NCBI GenBank assembly: GCA_963740315.1
Contig: CAVUDP010000002.1
Location: 384,001-448,000 of the forward strand
Length of the DNA: 64,000 nt
Direction: 5' to 3'
Source of the DNA: an uncultured cyanobacterium
Lineage (GTDB): Bacteria; Cyanobacteriota; Cyanobacteriia; Cyanobacteriales; Nostocaceae
Positions 43,160-54,428 of this stretch are shown here, one piece after another; positions within the stretch are counted from its first letter, which is position 1; every line of letters begins with the position of its first letter. Position numbers and translations under genes: made by a program. The notes below the pieces were generated by a model that was not told where the DNA came from, made no database searches, and was given only the letters and a program-made list of their open reading frames with translations.

Positions 43160-43434
43160 CTCGTTAAGTGCCTCCGGGCTGGGAATGCATTTTGAAAGGC
43201 TCTGCCTTTAGTAGTCGATTGCATTTAATTTGATAGGTTCGTAGTAAGAGTTTTAACTCTCTTATCTGATGATTTGTTACCTTGCATGGAAGGGCATTGG
43301 TTCCCTAAATCTGGAGCGCTGAAGCGCTTACTACGAACCTTTTTAGCCGTCAAAACTTTTGAAATGCACTACTAAGAGCTTGATGGGAGGCAGAGCCTCG
43401 TGATGTGGGTTCCCAGCCTCCGGCTGGGAACCAG
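43160..43434. repeat. REP-like element copy 2, interrupted by a MITE
   Basis: Aligns to 41991-42100 once the 43209-43374 insert is removed. Confidence 0.85.
43209..43374. mobile_element. MITE with TA target duplication
   Basis: Ends TA-GTAGT ... ACTAC-TA; internal 14-bp inverted repeat at 43235-43248 / 43327-43340; the empty site is visible in copy 1. Confidence 0.8.
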
Positions 43435-43528
43435 TCACCCTACAAGTTTCTTAACAACCTACACATCAACCCCAAAAATTTGCTATGCTAAATAAAGCGT
43501 AGTCGTTATGAGTACATATAAAAATATT

Positions 43529-44896
43529 ATGACAAATCCAACAGTAGAAAATTTAGTAATTATCGGTTCTGGTCCTGCGGGTTACACTGCTGCTATTTAT
43601 GCGGGGCGTGCAAACCTCAAACCAGTTGTGTTTGAAGGGTTTGAAGCTGGGGGGCTACCGGGGGGACAGTTGATGACAACCACTGAGGTAGAGAATTTTC
43701 CCGGCTTTCCCGCAGGTGTTACTGGTCCGGAATTGATGGACAAAATGAAGGCACAGGCAGAACGCTGGGGAGCCGAGCTATATACTGAGGATGTGATTTC
43801 GGTCGATTTAAATCAACATCCCTTTACCGTGCGATCGCAAGAACGAGAATTTAAAACTAATAGTATTGTAATTGCAACGGGTGCGACGGCGAAGCGTTTG
43901 GGTTTGCCCAGCGAGCAAGAATTTTGGAGTCGCGGCATTTCGGCTTGTGCAATTTGTGACGGTGCAACTCCGATATTTCACGGTGCGGAATTAGCTGTAA
44001 TTGGTGCTGGTGATTCGGCTGCGGAAGAGGCAATTTACCTAACTAAATACGGCGATACTGTGAATTTATTAGTTCGTGGCGATACAATGCGAGCTAGTAA
44101 AGCCATGCAAGACCGGGTTTTGAGCAATCCTAAAATTAAAGTGCATTGGAATACCGAATCTGTGGATGTATTCGGTGATGACAAACATATGGAAGGAATC
44201 AAAGTCCGTAATAATAAAACTCATGAGGAAAGCGAATTACACGTCAAGGGATTATTTTATGCGATCGGACATACTCCTAATACATCATTATTTAAAGGAC
44301 AGTTAGAACTTGATGATGTCGGTTACATTGTTACTAAAGGAAACTCAGTAGAAACCAGCATAGAAGGCGTATATGCTGTTGGTGACGTACAAGACCACGA
44401 ATTTCGTCAAGCAATCACCGCAGCGGGTTCTGGCTGCATGGGAGCGATGCTAGCGGAACGTTGGTTATCTTCCCAAGGATTAATTCAGGAATTCACTCAA
44501 AACCCCGAAAACAACGAGTTAAAACCCGAACAAGAACAAAAAACCACCGCCGATACCGAAGAAGATTTTGATATTAACAACACCCGTCATATAGGTGGTT
44601 ACGCCTTGAGAAAAATATTCCACGATGGCGATCGCCCTTTGATGGTGAAGTACGTTTCTCCCGGTTGCGGCCCTTGCCATACCCTCAAACCGATATTAAA
44701 TAAAGTAGTGGACGAATTTGACGGTAAAATTCACTTCGTAGAAATCGACATCGACAAAGATAGGGAAATTGCCCAACAAGCAAATGTCACCGGAACCCCT
44801 ACAGTACAAATTTTCAAAAATAAAGAATTGTTGAAAGAACTTAAAGGGGTGAAGCAGAAGAGTCAGTATCGCGAGTTGTTGGAAAGCACTCTTTAG
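43529..44896 (+). CDS. ntrC: NADPH-dependent thioredoxin reductase C (TrxR-Trx fusion)
   Basis: [10 protein letters not shown] and CAICDG reductase motifs plus a C-terminal thioredoxin with CGPC. Start at ATG 43529 or 43508. This is the plant/cyanobacterial NTRC, not the enteric nitrogen regulator. Confidence 0.93.
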   Translation: MTNPTVENLVIIGSGPAGYTAAIYAGRANLKPVVFEGFEAGGLPGGQLMTTTEVENFPGFPAGVTGPELMDKMKAQAERWGAELYTEDVISVDLNQHPFTVRSQEREFKTNSIVIATGATAKRLGLPSEQEFWSRGISACAICDGATPIFHGAELAVIGAGDSAAEEAIYLTKYGDTVNLLVRGDTMRASKAMQDRVLSNPKIKVHWNTESVDVFGDDKHMEGIKVRNNKTHEESELHVKGLFYAIGHTPNTSLFKGQLELDDVGYIVTKGNSVETSIEGVYAVGDVQDHEFRQAITAAGSGCMGAMLAERWLSSQGLIQEFTQNPENNELKPEQEQKTTADTEEDFDINNTRHIGGYALRKIFHDGDRPLMVKYVSPGCGPCHTLKPILNKVVDEFDGKIHFVEIDIDKDREIAQQANVTGTPTVQIFKNKELLKELKGVKQKSQYRELLESTL

Positions 44897-45098
44897 TTAA
44901 GGTTAAAGGTTAAAGGTTAAAGGTTAAGAGTTAGAGGTTATACCATTTAACCGAATTCTGGATACAAGCCGAAACACGGGGAGACGTTGCAGTGCAACGT
45001 CTCTACATTATTTATATGTTTCAACCAAAAAACTAGGTTTTTTTTAGCCCGCGTAGGCGGGCTTTGCATCTGTAGCCCCACCCTTCGAGGGTGCGGGC
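44896..45098. repeat. GGTTAAA heptamers plus GTAG-type hairpins
   Basis: GGTTAAA x4, GAGACGTTGCAGTGCAACGTCTCTAC and AGCCCGCGTAGGCGGGCT are visible. Confidence 0.75.
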
Positions 45099-45300
45099 GT
45101 TTTGGGTTTGTGGGTAAATTTCCAATTCCCCATGCCCAATGCCCAATTTGTGTATTTATATCTTTGCTGGGAACTATATCATCTGTAAAAGTGGTCGGTG
45201 GTTGTGTAATTTAAAATATTAATTTTTGAGTTTTGAGTTGACAAAGTGACGCTGATAACTTAAAACTCATTACTCATAACACCTAACTAAAAATTAACCT

Positions 45301-46188
45301 ATGACCGTTGCTAAAGGTTTCCTGCCGAGATTTTTACCTTTCATTAATAGAAAACCTACCCTTTCTCAACGATTAATGTTGGTTGGGTTAACCATTACTT
45401 TGGTATTTATTTTTCTCGCTTTGTTTTCTCCCTTACTTCAAGCTTTGGGATTGCTGCAAGATCCGACTGAGTTTCTCGATAACCCAATTCATACGCCACC
45501 TTCATTAAAACACTGGTTTGGTACCAGCCGTTTGGGCTACGATATTTTTTCTCGGACTGTTTTTGGCGCTCAAGCAGCATTGCAGGTGGTAATAATTGCG
45601 ACTGCATTAAGTATGGTAGTTGGCGTGCCTTTGGGTATGTTGAGCGGCTATATTGGCGGTAGGTTGGATAAGGTTTTGCTATTTATCATGGATAGCATTT
45701 ATACCTTACCGGGGCTGTTGCTTTCTGTAACTTTGGCGTTTGTTGTAGGGCGCGGAATTATCAATGCGGCGCTGGCGATTAGTATTGCCTACGTTCCGCA
45801 ATATTACCGAGTTGTTCGCAACCATACGGTAAGCGTTAAAACCGAAGTTTTCGTAGAAGCAGCACAGGCGATCGGCGCTAATACTTGGCAGGTACTTTCG
45901 CGGTATTTATTTTTAAACGTAATTCAAAGCGTACCCGTATTATTTACTTTAAACGCCGCCGATGCAATCTTAGTTTTGGGCGGTTTGGGCTTTTTAGGAT
46001 TGGGGCTTCCCGAAGAAGTACCAGAATGGGGACACGATTTGAAACAAGCCTTAGCCGCCCTACCCACAGGGATTTGGTGGACTACCCTTTTCCCAGGTTT
46101 AGCGCTGACGACGATGGTAGTAGGGTTATCACTACTTGGTGAAGGCTTAAATGAGTTTGTCAATCCCCGTTTAAGGAAACGAAAATAG
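45301..46188 (+). CDS. Peptide/nickel ABC transporter permease (DppC/OppC-like)
   Basis: HWFGTSRLGYDIFSR, EAA loop FVEAAQAIGA, and LGFLGLG..PEWG. Confidence 0.92.
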   Translation: MTVAKGFLPRFLPFINRKPTLSQRLMLVGLTITLVFIFLALFSPLLQALGLLQDPTEFLDNPIHTPPSLKHWFGTSRLGYDIFSRTVFGAQAALQVVIIATALSMVVGVPLGMLSGYIGGRLDKVLLFIMDSIYTLPGLLLSVTLAFVVGRGIINAALAISIAYVPQYYRVVRNHTVSVKTEVFVEAAQAIGANTWQVLSRYLFLNVIQSVPVLFTLNAADAILVLGGLGFLGLGLPEEVPEWGHDLKQALAALPTGIWWTTLFPGLALTTMVVGLSLLGEGLNEFVNPRLRKRK

Positions 46189-46189
46189 G

Positions 46190-46660
46190 TCAAAGGTTAA
46201 AGGTTAAAGGTGAGGAGTTAGGAGTTAGGAGTTAGGAGTGAGGAGTTAGGAATTAGGAGTGCGAGCGTCTCGCTCGCTATCTAAATCTAACTTAGGAATT
46301 AGGAATTAGGAATTAGGAATTAGGAGTAGTGCGAGCGTCTCGCTCGCTATCTAAATCTAACTTAGGAATTAGGAATTAGGAATTAGGAATTAGGAATTAG
46401 AAGTAGTGCGAGCGTCTCGCTCGCTATCTAAATCTAACTTAGGAATTAGGAATTAGGAATTAGGAATTAGAAGTAGTGCGAGCGTCTCGCTCGCTATCTA
46501 AATCTAACTTAGGAATTAGGAATTAGGAATTAGGAATTAGAAGTAGTGCGAGCGTCTCGCTCGCTATCTAAATCTAACTACCCCCTCTACCCCCTCTCCC
46601 CCTCTCCCCCTCTCCCCCCTCTACCCCCTCTACCCCCTCTCCCCCTCTCCCCCTCTCCCC
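46190..46660. repeat. Higher-order tandem array: 5 x [hairpin GCGAGCGTCTCGCTCGC + TATCTAAATCTAAC] separated by (TTAGGAA)n, flanked by GTTAGGA and CCCCCTCT arrays
   Basis: Hairpins start at 46261, 46331, 46408, 46478 and 46548 (period 70/77/70/70). Confidence 0.95.
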
Positions 46661-46691
46661 ATCACCCATTCCCAATATATATTTCAAGATT

Positions 46692-47231
46692 ATGGTAAAA
46701 GATAAAATTTCATTGATTGCTGCTGCCGCTGGTGGTTTTATGTTGTTTGTTGCTATATCTGGGATTTTACAGGGCGCACCTGTAATGGCTTTGCGATCGC
46801 AACATAGTTTTGATTCGACAAAAGTAGCGGATTTACGTTTGCAAGTTCATCCCGATGAACCAATTAACTATATGCAGCAAAGGTTTTCTTTTGATAATTC
46901 AATCGAACGGATAAAGCAAATTGACGGTGCATTAAATAGTTTTCGCGCTCTAAGTGAAAAAAGTAAAACTGTTTTGGGTAGTGAAGCTGTATCTGAAGTC
47001 GGAAATACCGATCGCGATATCCAAATAGGATTTAACAATTGGGTTGGATCGGTGGAAGGCACGTTGAGAAAGCAAGATTATCAAATCAAAAAGCTGGGAT
47101 ATCAACTAGCTCAGAAACAGTACGAAGATAAAGCGATTCCTCAAAGCGTATTAAATCAAAAACAAGCGGCTTATAACAAAGCTAAGAAAGAGTTTCAAAC
47201 TTTTGCCAAGTCTTTCACGGTTGCGGATTGA
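46692..47231 (+). CDS. Hypothetical secreted or membrane-anchored helical protein
   Basis: 179 aa; hydrophobic N-terminus and coiled-coil-like C-terminus. Confidence 0.75.
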   Translation: MVKDKISLIAAAAGGFMLFVAISGILQGAPVMALRSQHSFDSTKVADLRLQVHPDEPINYMQQRFSFDNSIERIKQIDGALNSFRALSEKSKTVLGSEAVSEVGNTDRDIQIGFNNWVGSVEGTLRKQDYQIKKLGYQLAQKQYEDKAIPQSVLNQKQAAYNKAKKEFQTFAKSFTVAD

Positions 47232-47249
47232 ACGATGACAATATTGGAT

Positions 47250-47316
47250 GGTGCGTTACGGCATTATTTAAATGGTAATTTTGAAAAAGATTTGCTCGTG
47301 CCGTAACACACCCTAC
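47250..47316. repeat. GTAG-type inverted repeat (GGTGCGTTACGGCA / TGCCGTAACACACCCTAC)
   Basis: 14-bp near-perfect arms in the intergenic gap. Confidence 0.65.
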
Positions 47317-47332
47317 AACTGATAATTGAAAA

Positions 47333-48232
47333 GTGGTAACTCAAGTAATTGGTATCGATCTGGGAGGAACGGCGATAAAGTTAGGACGATTTACGTCTGA
47401 TGGTACTTGTTTAAACTCATTGACTGTGAATACCCCCCAACCAGCAACGCCGTCAGCGGTGGTAGCGGTTATTGTTGATGCAGTGTCCAAAGTCGATCCA
47501 GAAAAAAATGCTGTTGCGATCGGCGTGGGTACTCCCGGTCCTGCGGATGATAAAGGACGCATCGCCAAAATTGCGATCAATCTTCCTCAATGGCGGAATG
47601 TTCCTTTAGCCGATATTTTGTCAGCGAAAATCGGTAAACCCACAATTATCGATAATGACGCAAACTGCGCGGGTTTAGGAGAAGCTTGGTTGGGTGCAGG
47701 TCGTTTTTATAAAAATTTTATTTTACTAACTTTAGGAACTGGTGTCGGTGGAGCGATTTTTATTGACGGTAAGTTGTTTACGGGAAGTTTTGGATCTGCT
47801 GGAGAGTTGGGTTTAATCGGTTTAATTCCCGATGGTCCGCAATGTAAAAGTGGCAATCAAGGTTCTTTGGAACAGCATACCTCGGTAATTGCGATTCGCC
47901 GCCGCACTGGCAAAGAACCAGCGGAATTAGGTGCTTTAGCTGAAAGTGGAGATGCTCAAGCACTGAAGTTTTGGCAAGAATATGGTAAATACTTGGGAAT
48001 TGGAGTCACAAGTTTGATTTACGTACTAACGCCTGAAGCGGTTGTAATTGGAGGCGGCGTTAGTGCGAGTTTTGAATTTTTCTTACCATCAATGAAAGTA
48101 GAAATTGAGCGGCGAGTCATGCCCACATCTCGCGTAGATTTACAAATAATAAAGGCGCAATTGGGTAATAACGCGGGAATGTTAGGTGCTGCGAAATTGG
48201 CGATTGAGAAGATAATTGGGCATAGGGCATAG
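47333..48232 (+). CDS. ROK family sugar kinase (glucokinase-like)
   Basis: Motifs IGIDLGGT, IDNDANCAGLGE, LTLGTGVGG, GSAGELG and IGGGVS. Confidence 0.92.
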   Translation: MVTQVIGIDLGGTAIKLGRFTSDGTCLNSLTVNTPQPATPSAVVAVIVDAVSKVDPEKNAVAIGVGTPGPADDKGRIAKIAINLPQWRNVPLADILSAKIGKPTIIDNDANCAGLGEAWLGAGRFYKNFILLTLGTGVGGAIFIDGKLFTGSFGSAGELGLIGLIPDGPQCKSGNQGSLEQHTSVIAIRRRTGKEPAELGALAESGDAQALKFWQEYGKYLGIGVTSLIYVLTPEAVVIGGGVSASFEFFLPSMKVEIERRVMPTSRVDLQIIKAQLGNNAGMLGAAKLAIEKIIGHRA

Positions 48233-48244
48233 GTCTGCATATTA

Positions 48245-48385
48245 AAGGTCAAAGGTTAAAATTCTAATAACTCATAACTCATAACTCATAACTCATAATT
48301 CCTCACTCATAATTCCTCACTCATAATTCCTCACTCATAATCTTCAATCCAAAATCCAAAATCCAAAATTTAAAATCTAAAATCC
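48245..48385. repeat. Heptamer/14-mer arrays (TAACTCA, TAATTCCTCACTCA, TCCAAAA)
   Basis: Directly visible between convergent genes. Confidence 0.85.
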
Positions 48386-48393
48386 CATCACAG

Positions 48394-48822
48394 TTAGCTC
48401 TCAGATAAACAATATCCTGTTGTTTGATGAATGTAATTTAGAACTTTTTCATAGGATTCGGGATTGCTTGCGGGGTTGATAATTATGGGTATGCTGCTGT
48501 CGGGCAACCAAAAGGTTATCCTACCGTTTGGTTCGTGACAAAAGGATGAAATACATTTGAGATTGATGACGTATTCGTTTCTTTCGTAAGAAATGTTCAC
48601 CCAGTAGGTACCCTCAGATTCGGAATTGTTGACGCGATCGATGTATTCCAGAATTTTTTGGTAGTCTTCTTGGTTGTTGTGGGGGATAATCACAATAGGT
48701 ATGGCACTATTTGGCAACCAAAATGTCACCCGACCGTTTGGTTCGCAGCAGAAAGCTGTAACGCGCTCAAAATCAACTACATATTCTTTTTTTTCGTAGT
48801 AGATTTTTACCCAATACGCCAC
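48394..48822 (-). CDS. Hypothetical protein made of two tandem ~65-aa repeats
   Basis: GTG start with AAGGAG SD; internal duplication YWV.I.YE..EYV......FC.EPNGR.TFWLP.S.IPI.I.P. Confidence 0.82.
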   Translation of the reverse strand: MAYWVKIYYEKKEYVVDFERVTAFCCEPNGRVTFWLPNSAIPIVIIPHNNQEDYQKILEYIDRVNNSESEGTYWVNISYERNEYVINLKCISSFCHEPNGRITFWLPDSSIPIIINPASNPESYEKVLNYIHQTTGYCLSES

Positions 48823-48945
48823 AACTTCTCCTTAAGTCCAACATTTAGTTTGAACGACACATTTTAATACAGGTAATACAATGCTTAGTATTCAGAGTAT
48901 AAAGCCTTCACTGCCTTCTCGTTGTGGGTAAATACTCTGGAAAAT

Positions 48946-50625
<1,680 letters not shown>

Positions 50626-50638
50626 TCATTGTGCCACA

Positions 50639-52441
50639 GTGATGTTGAGAATATTGTGTAATATCGACGTGAAACCACTGTTAGGATTAGTACTGTTAGC
50701 TTCGATCGCGACTCCCAACTTAGCTTGGGCACAAGAAGAATCCCTGAAAGTGGTTTATCCCCCGACAAACCACAAAACAACTTCGGATAAAATCTTTTTC
50801 ATTGGTACGGCTCCCACAACCGGACAAGTTTTGATAAATGGTAAACCAATTAATCGTTCCCAATCCGGTCATTTTGCACCTAGTCTTCCCCTACAAATAG
50901 GAGAGAACACGTTTACAATACGTTATCAAAACCAAGAAGTTCAGATTCAAGTAACCAGAACCAATGACCAACAAGAAGTACCCCTTGGGTTAGCCTTTGC
51001 TCCAGATTCTTTAATTCCACAAGTTGATATTGCTAGACTTCCAGGAGAACTTATATGTTTTAGCGCGATCGCACCTCCAAGCGCCACAGTATCTGTAAAA
51101 TTGGGTGAAAATAAACAAGTTCCTCTGCTGCTTCAACCACCACAAGCACAGTTGCCGAGTAATTTAGCGGCTTTAACAGGAACCAATCAACCCCAACAGG
51201 CTACGATCGGCGAATATTCTGGCTGTACCACAATCGAATCAGCCGCTGAAGCAAAACCAGCATATCAACTAACGCTCAACGGTAAAACTTTAACTCAAGA
51301 AGCCCCTGGAAAGATAAGCGTTCTACAACCAAGCAATTTGCCAGTTGTGGAAGTAAGTGCTGAGTTTGGTGTGGCTCGCACCGGACCTTCTACTAATTAT
51401 TCTAGACTAACGCCATTGCCGCGTGGTACCCGTTCGGCTGTAACCGGAAAAACTGGTGAATGGCTGCGTTTGGACTATGGCGCTTGGATTAAAAGTTCGG
51501 AAACTGTTTCTTTACCCAATGCGATCGTTCCCAGTACGATTATTCGTAGCGTTGCTTCAAGTCAATCGGAAACTGAAACTCAGGTAAGTTTTCCGCTGCA
51601 AACCCCCGTACCTGTAAGCATCAAGCAGGAGTCGGATAAATTTACTCTCACGCTGCACAATACCACTGCTCAAACGGACACCATTCCATTTAACGATAAT
51701 CCATTTATATCGCGCCTGGATTGGCAGCAAATACCTCCCTCCCCAGGAATAAATTCGGGGGCGGTGCAATATGTTTTTAATCTGAAGAAAAATCAACAGT
51801 GGGGATACAAGTTGGGATATGAAGGAACAACTTTAAAATTAAAGTTACGTCATCCTCCCCGCCTCGCTCGGAGCAGACGCAAACCTTTATCGGGAATCAA
51901 GATTTTATTAGATCCCGGACATGGTGGTGAAGAATCGGGAGCCATCGGACCAACGGGCTTACCAGAAAAAGATGTAAATTTAACTGTATCGAAGTTGCTG
52001 CGTGAAGAATTAGTCAAACGAGGCGCGACGGTGGTAATGACGCGAGAAGAAGATAAGTTCGTATCGTTGGGCGATCGACAAACGATAATTGCAAATGAAG
52101 AACCTACCTTAGCGCTATCGGTTCATTACAATGCTCTCCCCGATTACGGCGATGCGGAAAATACCAAGGGCATAGGAATGTTTTGGTATCATCCTCAAGC
52201 TCATAGTTTGGCAGTATATCTACATAATTATTTAGTTGAGAAGCTGGATAGACCTTCTTACGGTGTATTTTGGAACAACTTAGCGCTAACTCGTCCCGAA
52301 GCAGCACCGTCATTATTATTAGAGTTGGGTTTTATGAGTAATCCTCAAGAGTTTGAATGGGTAACAAATCCCAAAGAACAAAAAAAATTAGCGCGAACTC
52401 TTGCTGATGGAATTATTAAGTGGTTAAAAAATAATCGCTGA
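50639..52441 (+). CDS. N-acetylmuramoyl-L-alanine amidase (Amidase_3) with SH3-like domain
   Basis: Signal peptide (start may be GTG 50669); ARTGPSTNYSRL (SH3b-like), ILLDPGHGG, EKDVNL, SVHYNA and LLELGFMSN. Confidence 0.93.
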   Translation: MMLRILCNIDVKPLLGLVLLASIATPNLAWAQEESLKVVYPPTNHKTTSDKIFFIGTAPTTGQVLINGKPINRSQSGHFAPSLPLQIGENTFTIRYQNQEVQIQVTRTNDQQEVPLGLAFAPDSLIPQVDIARLPGELICFSAIAPPSATVSVKLGENKQVPLLLQPPQAQLPSNLAALTGTNQPQQATIGEYSGCTTIESAAEAKPAYQLTLNGKTLTQEAPGKISVLQPSNLPVVEVSAEFGVARTGPSTNYSRLTPLPRGTRSAVTGKTGEWLRLDYGAWIKSSETVSLPNAIVPSTIIRSVASSQSETETQVSFPLQTPVPVSIKQESDKFTLTLHNTTAQTDTIPFNDNPFISRLDWQQIPPSPGINSGAVQYVFNLKKNQQWGYKLGYEGTTLKLKLRHPPRLARSRRKPLSGIKILLDPGHGGEESGAIGPTGLPEKDVNLTVSKLLREELVKRGATVVMTREEDKFVSLGDRQTIIANEEPTLALSVHYNALPDYGDAENTKGIGMFWYHPQAHSLAVYLHNYLVEKLDRPSYGVFWNNLALTRPEAAPSLLLELGFMSNPQEFEWVTNPKEQKKLARTLADGIIKWLKNNR

Positions 52442-53509
52442 AATTCGATTGTACTTAAGAGCTAATAAATTATTAAAATTTTTTTTGGTACGGGCTTATA
52501 CTTAGTTCACTATGATAGTGTTAAAGCCTATACCAAAAATTAATATTTGGGATCTATTATTTCGGTTTTTTCTCAACTCCCGTATTTTGCTTAATGGTGT
52601 TCGTAGGTTGTCAAGAAAACATATTCTCAAACTCTCCGATAGTTTTTATTAGATAAATATCAATCAAGTATGAGCTTATTTATATTTTGACTTTATTTTT
52701 GATATTTCATACTTATTTTTATATCTATATGCAATCGGCAGTATAAGTCGCGAGGATTTCACTTAAGTATAGGCGGAAATACTATAAAAAGCTGGAAAAA
52801 CAAGCTTTATCGATTCGGAATAACCCGATTTTTTTACGCAGTATTACGGTAACTTTACAATTTCTTTACTATAAGGAATAGGTTCTATACGTTAACTTTA
52901 TAGTAATTGGTTTAAATTATTCCAAATGAAGTTATATTAAAGTTTGTTCGCAAAAAAATGAAGATATTGAAGGAAGCCGTTAAATCTTGATCTAAATTTG
53001 AATCGTTTTTCAAAAAAAATATTTTAGGTTTACACGCTTTGAGAGGATTGCCGAATCCAAATTTTAAGACAGCTATAGTTCCGCAGTTTTAAGTACGGTA
53101 TTAAACGTAAATACATTAGGGTGAAAGCTATGCAATATCAACAGCAAGTATCTACCGCAAAAATTGTCAGATTATGTATATGTAAAACAGGATGCTTTCT
53201 CTGTATCTTTAAATGCAAATACGATCGGGCTTGAATCAAGTAAATACTCGCCGTTATTGAATATTGCTTAACGCACTCCGTAAATTGAAAAATGCTAACG
53301 TTGTTTAAAATAAGTATCTATATCCGATCTGTTGGTTAATTAATGCGATTTCATACAGCATTAAAAAGGCTCGGATTATAACTTTGTTAAAGTCGCATTT
53401 TAATTGCGCTTGTTCCGTAATCTTAGTTGAGTTTCCCTAATTATTGGCGAACCTGGCTAGTCATTGATAGACACTTTATTTGAAACGTATTACTGCTGTT
53501 TGGATATAG

Positions 53510-54325
53510 GTGATGACACAGGTGCAGTTGTTGAACGTAAATATTCACAATGTCGCCATGAGCGACTTGTTAAATAGATTGCAAAATGGTGGTTTCGTAG
53601 TGACTCCCAACGTAGACCACTTAATGAAATTGCAGAGAGATCCTGATTTTTATGGAGTTTACCAAGAAGCAGAATACATAGTTTGCGATAGCAAAATATT
53701 GATGTATGTATCTCGTTTTCTGGGAACGCCCATACAGGAGAAAATTTCAGGTTCCGATCTGTTTCCGGCTTTTTATGATTATTACAGGCAGGATGAGAGT
53801 ATAAAGATTTTTTTGCTTGGAGCCGAAGCCGGAATTGCTGAAATTGCTCGCAGAAATATCAATTCTAAGGTAGGGAGAAATATTATTGTTGATACTTACT
53901 CGCCTCCTTTTGGATTTGAAAACGATGAAGAAGAATGCCAAAAAATTTTGAAATTAATTAATTCCTCGAATGCAACTGTTTTAGCAATAGGAGTAGGCGC
54001 TCCCAAGCAAGAAATGTGGATTGCAAAACATAGAAAAAATTTAGGTAAAGTAAAGATATTCTTGGCAATTGGCGCAACGATTAACTTTGAGGCAGGAAAT
54101 ATCAAACGCTGCCCTAAATGGATGAGTGAGGTTGGTTTGGAATGGCTGTACAGACTTTCGAGCGAACCCAAAAGACTTTGGAAGAGGTATATTATGGACG
54201 CGCTTCCATTCCTTTATTTAATCTTCAAGCAACGCTTTAAACTGTATAAAAATCCGTGGTCAAAAGTAAAATCGAATAAGACTAATAATCTTCTATCTAT
54301 GGTTAGAGGTTTTAAGAGAATGTAG
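53510..54325 (+). CDS. WecB/TagA/CpsF family glycosyltransferase (GT26)
   Basis: VVTPNVDH, ISGSDL, GVGAPKQE and GLEWLYRL..EPKRLWKRY. Confidence 0.93.
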   Translation: MMTQVQLLNVNIHNVAMSDLLNRLQNGGFVVTPNVDHLMKLQRDPDFYGVYQEAEYIVCDSKILMYVSRFLGTPIQEKISGSDLFPAFYDYYRQDESIKIFLLGAEAGIAEIARRNINSKVGRNIIVDTYSPPFGFENDEEECQKILKLINSSNATVLAIGVGAPKQEMWIAKHRKNLGKVKIFLAIGATINFEAGNIKRCPKWMSEVGLEWLYRLSSEPKRLWKRYIMDALPFLYLIFKQRFKLYKNPWSKVKSNKTNNLLSMVRGFKRM

Positions 54326-54428
54326 AAGTAACTTTTACTTCTCTTAAAAATTAAATACTCACAAGTTGATATTCCGCTTTGTGTGTTAATTCTATAAGTA
54401 ATCATACATACGTCACTATTTACAAACT

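Noticed and set aside
46258..46578. CRISPR array
   Set aside because: The spacers are the same TTAGGAA heptamers rather than unique sequences, and there are no cas genes in the window.
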